This document shows, piece by piece, positions 1-13,069 of a stretch of 64,000 bases of DNA. This DNA is from the human T2T-CHM13v2.0 reference genome, Homo sapiens. Position numbers and translations under genes: made by a program. The stretch lies in assembly GCF_009914755.1 (NCBI RefSeq), contig NC_060925.1; one strand, 5' to 3'. Position 1 is the first letter of the stretch; every line of letters starts with the position of its first letter. Under the pieces are notes generated by a model. The model was not told the origin of the DNA and did no database searches. It saw only the letters and a program-made list of their open reading frames with translations.

Positions 1-67
1 CGTTGTCCCCCAGGGCCTCGCTTAAGTTCTTCTTGGCCGCCTCCAGCTCGCTCACAAAGGTCGCCAT
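1..67 (-). CDS. TADA1: TADA1 (SAGA complex transcriptional adaptor 1), first coding exon, partial (runs off the window edge)
   Basis: Reverse complement from ATG at 67-65 reads MATFVSELEAAKKNLSEALGDN, the TADA1 N-terminus. Strong Kozak context (gcaATGG). Confidence 0.95.
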   Translation of the reverse strand, partial: MATFVSELEAAKKNLSEALGDN

Positions 68-420
68 TGCTCCGCGTGTCTCAGCCCGACCGCAGACCGC
101 CCGGCCACCGCGATCAACAACCCAAAAACCAACTCGGCGGAAGGCCTTGGCTCTGGAAGCTAAGCCGGCCGCCGTCAGTCCCGCCCCCAATCTCTCAGAA
201 GTCGTTTGTTTGGTTTTCGGCTCCGCCCGCCTTTTCGCAGGGAAGGTGCCCGGCCAAACTCTGCTCTCTTCCTCCCGCCCCTCGAGTCACGTGATCCGCT
301 TCACCTTGTCGCGCGCCCATCCTAAACCCGCGCGCCCCGCCTCGGCTGCAACGTTGCTGACAGGCTGGCGTGTCCCAAGCTCTTTCATTCTGTTACCGCT
401 GGGGCAATTCCGAATTCAGC
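68..420 (-). promoter_or_regulatory. TADA1: TADA1 5' UTR and CpG-island promoter
   Basis: CpG-dense region just upstream of the ATG with GC boxes (ccgccc near 181 and 275), an ETS core (cggaag 138-143) and an E-box (gtcacgtgat 286-295). Confidence 0.8.
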
Positions 421-2024
421 CTGCTGTTCTTCTGCCTGGAGGAGTACCTTACCCCTCCATTTAAAAAAGTAAATGCAGTATCAGTTTTACTCTTTCCTTG
501 CCTTATTTTTCCCCGAGCACTAACCGTCTCATATGACATTTAGTTGATTTATCTTGTAAATGTTATGGCTCGAGGACAGGAGTTGTGTTTTATTCACTGT
601 TACCCGCAATTCTCTAGAGCAGCGCCTGGCACATAGTGGATGCTTAATAAGTATTTGAGTAAATGAGGTAACTATGTAAAATTTGGAAAATACACAGAAA
701 GATAAAGATAAAAAGAAGGAAAAAGTGTTTTACCACTCCCGGACAAACACTTAACTGAGAGAGATTTCTCCTTCACTTCGCACACTCCCATGACTTAAAA
801 TATTCTATGTTCAATTTTGCACGTTTTTAAACTTAAGGATTTATCTGTAGTATTACATTGTCTTTAGAATAATTTTAATGACAACATATTAAATACCCCC
901 ACAGATAGAAGGTACACAACTTGTTTCCCAATTGTTAGACTGTGTCCATTTCTTCTCTATTAAAAAGCAATACTGTAATATTGCTTTTGAAGCATATAGC
1001 ATAATGAAGCAAAACTTCTTTATGCATAAAACTTTTCCTCCTTTAGGATTATTACTTTAGCATAGAGTCCCACAAATAGAATTACTGGATCAAATGATGG
1101 GAATATTTATAAATGCCTTGGTGTATATTGTCAAATTGCCTCCCAAAGTTTTTTAAATAATCCTAGATAGCTTTTAGATCTTGTGTAATTTCTCCAAAGA
1201 TGTCCCCTTAAGTTCATTCATTCAACTTCCTCACTGCCCAACCTAAACCCACAAGCCCTGTCCTGGCTGCAATGCCAGCCGGGCACCTTCTCTTCACTTG
1301 AATTCATACAGTGAGCTCCTATTATGTGTCTGGAACTCTTTGAGTACTGGAGATACACAGGTGAAAGGAGATACAAAGGTCAGGCAAAGTCTTCCTCTCT
1401 GTGTCAAAACTCTGGGTAAGTTTTGACACATTTAAAAAATATCCACTTAAGTTTTCCATGGCTCCCCACGCTCTGCTGAACAAATTCCAGACTCCAGCAT
1501 TCAAATGTTCTCATGATCTGAACTCACCCTACCTGTGTACCTCACACACCACTGGCCTTCCCACATAACCCCACACTTGGACTCAGCATTCTAGTTAACT
1601 TGACTTTAACAAATCACATGGCTCTTCCCCTTTACGCATATCTCCTCTCTGCTGGTTTTGAGACTTATGGTTGGCTACCTCCATTTTTTTTGAATCAGGT
1701 TCAAACATATATATGAATCTATTCAAGGATCAAGTCAACAGGACTAGGAAAGGCTACAGATAGTTGGGTACATCTTCCAGGAAGAATCCCTGTTTCTCAT
1801 TTGTCTCTAGCCACGAAGAAAGATAGGCCTCAAAGATTTTCTTTTTGAACCCATGCTTGACAATACTCATACGTCTAGCTCAATTAAATATCCCTTTCTC
1901 TCTCAGCACTTATACACCTATTAACACTAATTTTACTACAGTTTTTCAGTTAAATGTCCATTTAAACTGTAATGTTAGACAATATAATATACATAAATGG
2001 ACATCTGACCAAACAATTTAATAT

Positions 2025-2948
2025 TGAGAGGTGAAGCCGCCTGGGCTTCTGGGCTGGGTGGGGACTTGGAGAACTTTTCTGACTAAAGGATTGTAAACGC
2101 ACCAATCAGCGCTCTGTGTCTAGCTAAAGGTTTGTAAACGCACCAATCAGCACTCTGTAAAAACACACCAATCAGCGTTCTGTGTCTAGCTAAAGGTTTG
2201 TAAACGCACCAGTCAGCACTCTGTAAAAACACACCAATCAGCGTTCTGTGTCTAGCTAAAGGTTTGTAAACGCACCAGTCAGCACTCTGTAAAAACGCAC
2301 CAATCAGCGCTCTGTGTCTAGCTAAAGGTTTGTAAACGCACCAGTCAGCACTCTGTAAAAACGCACCAATCAGCGCTCTGTGTCTAGCTAAAGGTTTGTA
2401 AACGCACCAGTCAGCACTCTGTAAAAACGCACCAATCAGCGCTCTGTGTCTAGCTAAAGGTTTGTAAACACACCAGTCAGCACTCTGTAAAAACGAACCA
2501 ATCAGCGCTCTGTGTCTAGCTAAAGGTTTGTAAATGCACCAATCAGCACTCTGTAAAATGGACCAATCAGGATGTGGGCGGGGCCAAATAAGGGAATAAA
2601 AGCTGGGCACCTGAGCCAGCAGCGGGAATACAGTCTGGTGGCCTTCCATGCTGTGGGTGCTGTGTTCTTTCGCTCTTCATGATAAATCTTGCTGCTGCTC
2701 ACTCTTTGGGTCTGCACTACCTTTACGAGCTGTAACACTCACTGTGAAGGTCTGCAGCTTTACTCCTGAAGTTAGCGAGACCACGAACCCACTGGAAGGA
2801 AGAAACTCAGGACACATATGAACATCTGAAGGAACAAACTCCGGACACACCATCTTTAAGAACTGTAACACTCACCGCGAGGGTCCACAGCTTCATCTTG
2901 AAGTCAGCGAGACCAAGAACCCACTGGAAGGAACCAATGCCGGACACA
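2025..2948 (+). mobile_element. Solo ERV9/LTR12-family LTR (LTR12F-like)
   Basis: Starts tgagaggtgaagcc and ends ccggacaca (TG...CA) with a 4-bp target-site duplication ATAT (2021-2024 and 2949-2952). Has CCAAT repeats, a GC box and the typical LTR12 3' part (gctgtaacactcaccgcgagggtcc). Confidence 0.9.
2099..2560 (+). repeat. 66-bp tandem repeat x7 inside the LTR12 U3 region
   Basis: The accaatcagc unit start recurs at 2101, 2167, 2233, 2299, 2365, 2431 and 2497. Confidence 0.95.
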
Positions 2949-2967
2949 ATATTATAAATGAATACCA

Positions 2968-3122
2968 AGCCAGGGGTGATGGCACATGCCTGTAGTCCCA
3001 CCTACTGGGGAGGCTGAAGTGAGAGGATTTCTTGGGCCCAGGAGTTCAAGTCTGCAGTGAGCTATGAGAGCACCACTGCACTCCAGCTTAGGCAACAGAG
3101 TGAGACCTCAACTTTAAAAAAC
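2968..3122 (+). mobile_element. Alu monomer (FLAM/FRAM-like)
   Basis: Single Alu arm (gatggcacatgcctgtagtccca...gagtgagacc) with a short A tail. Confidence 0.8.
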
Positions 3123-3784
3123 AAATTTTTTTGAAAGGAAATGAATATTAAAACCACTTGTAATTTGGAAGGTTACTTTAAAGGAACTAATTCTAAATCT
3201 TTTATTATAGCAATATTTGTACAATGCATAGTGCAACTAATAAATAGCTTCAGAGAATGTGTGTCAAAATGCTTTATAAAGAGCAAGAAACTTGACAAAT
3301 GTTTAGTCTAGTTTTTTTTTTTTTTTTTTTTGGATCATCCAGCTGGTTACAGGCTGGTTTGAGAGTAACTAGTAGAGTCAACTCAATAAGTTGCTGAGAA
3401 CAGACATCTGAGGATCCAACCTTACCTGACATCTAAGTATTTATGAATATTTCTCCAAGTATATGGATTATGTGTGTAAATATGTGTATGTATTCTCCAC
3501 TTATATAAAATAAAATTTCCTTTATATTATCCATATCTTTTTCCATTTCATTAGATAGATAACTGAAGGTTGGTGGTATTATTCATATACACTGCCTGTT
3601 TCTATACAACTTTTTTCCTTCATAAATATAATTCTGTACAAACAAAGGAAAACCCTCTAAAAAGTGTATTCTCATAGCTAGTTTACTTACATATTTATAA
3701 GAGCCTGGCCTGTACCTCCTTAATTTTTCCCATTCCTATTCTGTATTTTATTAAGCACTGGTCTTTTAACATTAGGATTTCTTT

Positions 3785-4780
<996 letters not shown>

Positions 4781-5679
4781 TTGGATTGACATTAAGATTT
4801 GATGTTGAAGGAGTTCTGAGATGTTCCAGCTCCGAAGATTATATAGTTATTATTCTGTCTTTATCCATTATATGATATTTAGATTTAGTTTAGTTTTTTT
4901 AATAAATCATAGACTCCTTCTTTACAGTGGCCAGGGCCTAGCATAGCAAAAATATTTGATTGACTTTCTTACTCCACTTACCCATTACCATTGACTCATT
5001 AGCCTTCTCAAAGCACTGTCAGCAAATGTGCGAGTTGTTTCCATTTCAGACATCAGCAGCTCTGCTTTACTAGAAGGACTCTTACAGTTCAGCTTTAAAA
5101 TATTATTAATCATATATTCAATTTTCTTGTTGAACTTATAACATTGGCTGTAATTTGTAATACTTATATGTATGCTGTGGTACATAAGGTACACGCATAT
5201 GGTAACTATACATATGGTACCTATACATATGGTTATACTGTGGTACATGGTGGCTCAAACTCAACATAAATGTGTGTTGGAATTAAATATTTTAGAAAAT
5301 TCTATGTAATGTTTTCCTCCTCTATATCTGCATCAGTCTACAGATTTTAATATAGTTAAAGGTTATAAACATGGAATATATTAGGCCCTAGTAAAATTTA
5401 TGGTTGAAAATAAGTTGAGAGTCATCTTGCCCTGATACTACATCTATTTATTTTATGCCTGATGGAAGGAGGTAAAGAGGTTCTTAATCTTTTTCTTTCA
5501 AAGCTATGGATCTCACTGCCAGTCTGGTGATACCTTTGGAGTCCTTCTAAGAATAATGTTTTAATGCATAAATAACGTAGGATTACATTTAAAACAATTT
5601 TATTGAACACAGTTCTATCATGGGCCTTTTTGGGGCCCATGGGCCCCAGCTTAAGACCCTCTTAAGTTTTATAGGTACT

Positions 5680-5775
5680 TGTCTTAGTCCATTCAGACAT
5701 CTACAACAAAATACCACAGTTTAGGTGGCTTAAACAATTGAAACATTATCTCACAGTTGTGGAGGCTAGAAGTTT
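5680..5775 (-). mobile_element. MaLR LTR (MLT1/MST) fragment
   Basis: tgtcttagtccattcag...ggtggcttaaaca...tctcacag...ggaggctagaagt matches the antisense MaLR LTR end. Confidence 0.6.
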
Positions 5776-6353
5776 CATGTTTGGAAAGGTTTGGAAAAGA
5801 ACCCCTTCAGACTTCTGTAACCACGTAGCCAAATAAAATTTGGAAATTTTGAAGCCTTTGATCACTACTCAGAATGTGGATAAGAGCTTCTCTACAGTGC
5901 TAAAAAATATATGTTTGTATAGTGACGAAGGTAAAGCATTGGAGAAATCTTTGGCACTCTCGGCAGGTAGAGATTCCAAACTGATGCACTGTCACTGAAG
6001 TTGCTACTAACATAGCAAGACTATGCTCGATGAAGACTAGACTACTGACATCACCCTCTGGAAGAAGGGAAAGCCACAAGTGCTGATCCAGAAAGATGAA
6101 TTGCTGTCTGGTGTCGCCCTGAAAAATCTGACCCCAGGGAAGGAACTTGATAAATGAATTTCAGAAGATTTGGCCAGATTTGTTGGTGGAAATGTAGGAG
6201 GTGGTTCACTGTCTGGAATTACAGCCACAATTATACCACACAGCATTCTCTATCCTTGAGAGCCAGGACTTTCCCCAAAGTAAGGCGTTCAGTCTTGCAT
6301 CTTTTGGAGATTTATGCCTAATTTCTTTTACAAATGTTGTTCTCGTGAAGAGA

Positions 6354-6652
<299 letters not shown>

Positions 6653-6699
6653 TCCTATTATGTTGTCTAATTTGATTTGTTGGGACTTCGGAATCCAAT

Positions 6700-6965
6700 G
6701 GAGGCAAAATAGCATGGTGTTAAAGTGCAAACTACAGAGCTAGTTTGCCTGAGGCTTGAATCCTGGCTTCTTCTAATTTAGCTGTGTGACTCTGAGCAAG
6801 TTACTTAATCACTCTGCCTCAGTTTCCACATCTGCAGCGTAGGGATAGTAATGCTACTTCAGGGTTCTTGTAAAAATTAAATTATTGTAACATGTAAGAG
6901 TACATGAAAGCCTTGGCATAGTGCCAGATGTGTAGTAATAGTCAATATGTCATAGCTATTATTAT
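6700..6965 (+). mobile_element. MIR SINE
   Basis: MIR core: tgtgactctgagcaagttacttaatcactctgcctcagtttcc. Confidence 0.8.
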
Positions 6966-7146
6966 GCCTATCTTGTGTATACTGACATTGCTAAACTCCT
7001 TTATTATTTCTAATAGTTTACTGGCAGATTTTTCTTAGATATTCTATCTGGGCAATCATATTGTCTACAGATTAGGAAAAGCTTGCCTTTTTCTTTCCAA
7101 CTCTTAGGCCTCTTTTTTCATTTTTTGATTTTTGCATTGGCTAGAC

Positions 7147-7330
7147 CAGCTTTGTCCAATAGAACTTTCTACAATGATAGAAATGTCCTAGAGCTGGGTT
7201 CTCCAATACGGCAGCCATGTATGGCTATTTAGCACTTGAGATACAGTTAGTGAGACTCAGGAATTGAATTTTTAATTCAATTTAAATTTAAATAACCACC
7301 TGTGACTAGTGGCAACAGTATTCAACAGCT
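7147..7330. mobile_element. MER3-like hAT DNA transposon fossil
   Basis: tgtccaatagaactttct...gcagccatgtatggcta...ccacctgtgactagtggc pattern. Confidence 0.65.
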
Positions 7331-7519
7331 CAAGACTAGAACTTCCATTGCAGTGCAGAGCATTGGTACTCACGGTGGGCCTCTTGGCAGAGCACCTGGC
7401 TTTCATGGCACTCCTCACATTTCACCAGGAAGTATGATGTTTGTTGTACATTTGGAAAGTCACCCTCTATTCCCAGTTTGCCAAGAAACAGAACCAATAG
7501 AAAAAAAGTGTGTGTGTGT

Positions 7520-7825
7520 TTATTATCGCTCATGAGATTATGGAAGCTAAGAAGTCCCACCATCTGCCATCTGCAAGCTAGAGAATCAGGAAAGCTGGTG
7601 GTATAATTCAGTCCTAGTCCAAAGGCCCGAGGAATGGAGGCGACTGCGGGAAGGTGAAGACACGGCTATAAGTCCTGCACTCCTAAGGCTAAGGAGCAGG
7701 AAGCCCCAGACCATGGGCAGTGAGCAGAAGGAGACGACGTCTCAGCTCAAGAGAGAGAATTGGCCTTTCCTCTTTCTTTTTGTTCTAGTCAAGCCCTCAA
7801 CAGATTGGATAATGCCCACTCACTC
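7520..7825 (-). mobile_element. MLT2-type (ERVL) LTR fragment
   Basis: gctaagaagtcccaccatctgccatctgcaagctagagaatcaggaaagctggtgg and gattggataatgcccactcac motifs. Confidence 0.7.
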
Positions 7826-7829
7826 AGGA

Positions 7830-8470
7830 CAGGAAGGACATCGCGCACTTTCAGGCCGGCTGGTTCGGTCTTGGCCTCGTTGACTTATGTTGACTCTCAA
7901 GGGCCGCCACCCAGGCACCTGCCCAGGTGCGTCCTAGGTTCTCTCAGGTTCAGGAACTCACCGGCTCTGGCGGCGCGGGCGGCGCGGGTGGCCCTTGTCC
8001 CTCAGGAAGGACTCTCCCTGTGGTCACCCAACTCTAGGCGCTCACGGCCTCTCAGCTGGAAAACCCCGCCGCCTGCAGAAAGCGGGTGTGGGAGGATTAG
8101 TTGGCTTTGGGGTCGGGATGGGCGGGCGGCACGGTGCTGCTCTTAGCACTAAAGCGGCTGTTGTCCGAGAAACGAAGCGAGAATGCAGAGCTGGCCCCGG
8201 CGCGAGCGAAATGTCTCTGCAGCAGCACCGCTTGCCTTCGCTAGAGGAAGAAGAGACGGCCCTGAGCGCAGCATCACCTCGGCCGGTTGGAGTCTGCCCG
8301 GCTGCCGCCAGGGGGTGATGCGCCCTCACCTTTCCTCCAGGATGCCCGGGATCCCAAGGAGGGTCGTGGGTCTCCGCGTCCCAACCTGGAGCCTTGGCCC
8401 GGGATGATACCCTTGGCCACCGGCAGCAGGTCTCTGGTGGCCACCTGACGCTTGAGCATTTCTTCTGCGG
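7830..8470. promoter_or_regulatory. Orphan CpG island (candidate promoter/enhancer) with a CTCF-like site at about 8305-8318
   Basis: Sharp local rise in GC and CpG in non-repeat sequence; GC boxes; ccgccagggggtg. Confidence 0.6.
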
Positions 8471-8809
8471 ACCCTGGGAAGTCCTACCCCTTGGACTCAT
8501 AAAATATCTTGGTTGTCCAAAGGTGCCACTTTCAGACCCTCCAATAACGGCAGGGATAGACTCAAAATCATTGACATATTACAGGCAGGGTTGTTACCTA
8601 CAGGAAGAAATTGACGAATTGTCACATTTGGGGACAACCTGGGAGCTGCGGACCAAAGGGGCCTGACAGCAGTTGAGTGTAAAGGCAGGGCATACAGAGG
8701 CCACCTGTAGAGTTTACCCTCTCCCCCACCCTACCACCCACCTTGGGTCCTGAGTGAGGAAGAGAGTAGAGTGCAACCCATTGTGAGCTCTTTCTCATCA
8801 GGCTCTAGG

Positions 8810-9290
8810 AAATAACAACAGCTGATATGTACGAACTCCCTGCTACGAAGTGGGTCTACTACATTACCTCCTTTAGCCCAAACCATAATCCAGTGAGGTT
8901 TGAATTGCTGCTATCCCCAGGCCATAAGTGAGGGAACTGAGACTCAGGAAAGTTCAGTTGCTCTAGGTTACACAGGAAGTGGCAGAGTTAAGACTGGAAC
9001 CTAGATCTCACTGACACCAGAGTCCATTTTGCCACAATAACCACAAAAATATGTTAACTCCAGTGAGCACTTAATATCTGCCAAGCATTGTACTGAATAT
9101 GTTTTTTGGCGATGATTTAAAATCCTTGCCACAACCCCCCACAAGGTAGGTACTACTATTGTTACTCCCATTTTACAGGGAGATAAACTAAATCATAGAG
9201 AGTTAAGAAAATTGCCCACAGTTACACATCTAGTAGAACTGGACATAAGCCCAGTAAGCCCCATTCCAGAACTCATACTCTAGCTACCAT
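8810..9290 (-). mobile_element. Two MIR fragments
   Basis: gggaactgagactcagg and cccattttacagggagataaact...aaattgcccacagttacac cores. Confidence 0.65.
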
Positions 9291-9682
9291 GTTCTACTGC
9301 TTACTCTAGTGTGAGTGCCCCTGTCCATTTCTTCCTAAAGATTTCATCTGAGACAAGCTGGAATGGTCTGAAAACTCCCTGATGCCCTCCAACCAATGTA
9401 GCTGATGCCATCCTTTCAACCATCCACATTCTACTACACCTCCCTGCAGCTCCATGATTTCTGCACACTGTGGGGATGGAGCTCACGCATGCCCTGCACC
9501 CACATTTTGAGAGACTCCCCCTCTACAGGCTGCACTGTCCTCACTAGATGCACATCAGATAGGTAAGAGATTTAGGCAGAATAATCTTTTTTGTTTTCTT
9601 TTTCTTCCTCTCCCTCCTTCCCCTCCTCCTCCTTCTCCTCTTGATCTGTCACCTGGTTAATTTTATTTTTTATAGAGATGGA

Positions 9683-9977
9683 TTTTTTTTTTGGAGACAG
9701 GATCTTGCTCTGTTGCCCAGCCTGGAGTACAATGGCACAATCATGGCTCACTGCAGCCCTCGATCTCCTGGGCTCAAGTGATCCTCTCACCTCAGCCTCC
9801 CAAGCCGCTGGGACTACAGGTGTGTACCACCATGCCCAGTTCTTTTTTTTTCTTTTGTAGAGATGAGGGGACTTTCTGTGTTGCCCAGGGTAGTCTTGAA
9901 CTGCTAGGCTCAAGCAGTTGGCCAATCTCAGCCTCCTAAAGCGCTGGGATTACAGGTGTAAGCCACTGTACCCAGTC
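9683..9977 (-). mobile_element. AluJ-type element
   Basis: Dimeric Alu consensus, antisense. Confidence 0.9.
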
Positions 9978-10929
9978 CTGTCTTTTTTAATTACAAATAT
10001 ATGACACCTGAGTTTATTGCTTTCCCCAAGTTACCAATTGTTTTGTAGAGTACAAACCTAGAAAATAGTATCTGAATGGTTGACCCCAGTTCAAGAAGAT
10101 GAGGCAGGTCTCACCCACATGAAACTAGGACTACTGCAATTTCCATATGTTATTTAAAATGGACTTTGTGGAACTGTACCTTTATGGTAGATCCTAACCC
10201 AGCTGGCTTTGCTCTGTTTCCTAGTAGGATTTGCGGGGCTTGCAACTTCAAACAAAAAATTCCAGAAGTGTGCCCTTTGCTACTTCTGCATTATTAGAAT
10301 CTGTTGGAAGCCTGTGATGTTCCATTTGCCTGTGAAGAGGGTGACAGCTGGTGTAAACCAGGGTCATGAAATTTGGCTGCTTCCATGGCAGTGATTTCAA
10401 CCTGAGGGATGACTACCCAATACAAAATAGTAATGGCGGTCACTGCTAGATATAACGGACTCCTGGGTAGCCTCAAACCTCAAAGTACTTGTATTGCTTT
10501 AGGCCTGCATGGCAGGTTTTTGCAGAATGCCAATAATAGGAGCCTCAACCTTTTCCACTATATGCAGAAAAGAGGACAATGGAAAGAAGGAACTGTCTGT
10601 GTATGTTCTAATGCCAAGCAGAGCCAGCTTCTCAACAGATAATAATAATGTTAGGAGACATTTATGAAACACTTAACATGTCCACACAAATTAATGTCTA
10701 GTCTATTCCAACAATTTCCATGTTAGGTAGGGGATACTGTGGAACCAACCAGGCCAGGGCAATGGAATCCATTCCATCTGGTTGCTATGGAGAGCCCAAG
10801 GGGGACTACAGAAAACATGCAGTGTCTGCCCATCATTTCTGGAGCCAGATATAACCAAAGGAGATTACTGGAATTTGCTTGCTTGAACAGATTATTTCTA
10901 CTTAATTCACCCTACAATAGCTTTCATAA

Positions 10930-11090
10930 GAGCAATGGTTCTCAACTTCGGTGTTAGAATCACTTGGGAGAATTTTTAGAAATTCCATGCTCTGGCCGTT
11001 CCCCAGAACGATTAAACTAGAATGTCTGGGGAATGGAATCCAGGTATCACTATTTTTCAAAGCCCTCCAGAGATTCTAATGCGCAACCAT
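10930..11090. mobile_element. MER5A-like DNA transposon
   Basis: caatggttctcaac...agaatcacttgggag...gattctaatg pattern. Confidence 0.7.
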
Positions 11091-11486
11091 TCCTCATAGT
11101 TTTCCCCCTAAACCTTATTTAATAAGCAATAGGGCACCTATGTGACAGGCTGATAGATGCAGGACACCTACCACATCAGCCAGGGCAGAGGACCCCTGTG
11201 GGCTGGGAACCCCAAACATTCCTGGAGAGCCTAAACATTAAGTACACTGAATTAAAGGAGGCAAATTCCAAGATGTTTGCTATGGCTCAAATCAGAAACC
11301 AATTTTACAGAATCATTTTATAAAAAGTTATAGATTCTTGTTGAGGGCATTCCAGGATGGAGATAAACTGGCCTCACTCACATGGAGGTGGTTGAGCCTG
11401 GGCCTTGTTCCCCAAAGCAGTCTCCTCTGGTAACCAGCTATGAGTTTCCCTTTGGCTATCCCGACGCTTTAAGAAAATTCACACCT

Positions 11487-11907
<421 letters not shown>

Positions 11908-13069
11908 TCACTTTGTTTAAGCCTACATGGTGGCTGGACACTGCAGGACAGGGTTGGCAGTGGCGTGAGCAGTGACCAGAGCCAGGCAGTGGCAGAAACA
12001 CAGTGCTGTTACAGACTGGCCTAAACCCTGTGTGAACCCCTTCAGCTGCCACGACTGCTGAAGTTCTCAGTGCCCCTGAAAGTGAGGCTGGAAGTTCTGC
12101 GTGCAGATGGAGGGGCAAAGAGACATTATTATTTGGACATAATGATGAATGCAACCTCAGCTGTACTCATTAAGGAAGTCACATTTGCCACATATTGGCA
12201 ATAATCAAATAATTCAATCCCTAATCAAATTCCCCATTAAAACCAAGTTTCACTCCCAAATATATGTGTTTCTCTTGGGCTATAAGTGTTGGACAGAGGT
12301 CTTCATGGTTGCTGCAGGGAAGAAATGTATGAGTAGTCTCTCCAAACAACCAAGCAGCCTGGGGATCAGAGGTCCAGGACACTGGGCCGCATATGTGATG
12401 TGTGTTATATTGGATGCTAACATCTTTGAATGAAAGGCTGTTCCTATCTGGTGCAGTCATGAGCAGAAATGACCAAATAAAGCTTGTGCTTGTCTTAATC
12501 TATGTTATTTGTGAATTGTGAATTATTTTGTCTCTAGTCTCCCCAAACAGTGGGAAAAACCAAGGCACTAACTTCAATTTGGCAAGTAATAGTGTCATTT
12601 TGAAACATCTGTAACATACCTGTTTACCTTTTTCAAAATTTTCACTGACAAAATCACACTATCCCTCTAGTCATAATCTGAAGCACTGTGTCTCCATAGT
12701 GATGATTCAGGCTCCCGTTGCCATGGTGATCATTCTATGGGCTAAAACACTTCCATCAGTTCTTCCCCTCATTCTCATTACCATTGTCCGTTTCTCAATC
12801 CAGGCCCTTATTATGTCTTTGGGATCTAGCACTGGGCCTGACAAATAATAGGTGGTCAATGTATTGAATGAATAGCCCAACTGAGATGATTAAAATACCT
12901 CTTACCTCGTCTTTCTGTCTCTAGGCTTTGTCCTGTGGGTTATTATGCCTTATCTTTTCATTTCATTCATCTGTTTTCATTTACTGGCACTTTTACAGAA
13001 GGAACACTTGCTCATTTTAGAAAACTCAAACAATTTTAGATACCTACAAAGTTAAAAGTAAACATTCCT

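Noticed and set aside
3-464. 153-aa plus-strand ORF
   Set aside because: Antisense to TADA1 exon 1 across a GC-rich promoter, non-ATG start, no recognisable domain.
2083-2649. 188-aa ORF of 22-aa repeats; superficially CRISPR-like array
   Set aside because: It is the antisense translation of the 66-bp LTR12 tandem repeat. There are no unique spacers or cas genes and the context is primate DNA.
5185-5250. Short catatggta-type repeats
   Set aside because: Low-complexity degenerate repeat with no further structure.
7760-8666. Several overlapping ORFs in the orphan CpG island
   Set aside because: Stop-poor GC-rich sequence gives ORFs in many frames; none resembles a protein I recognise.
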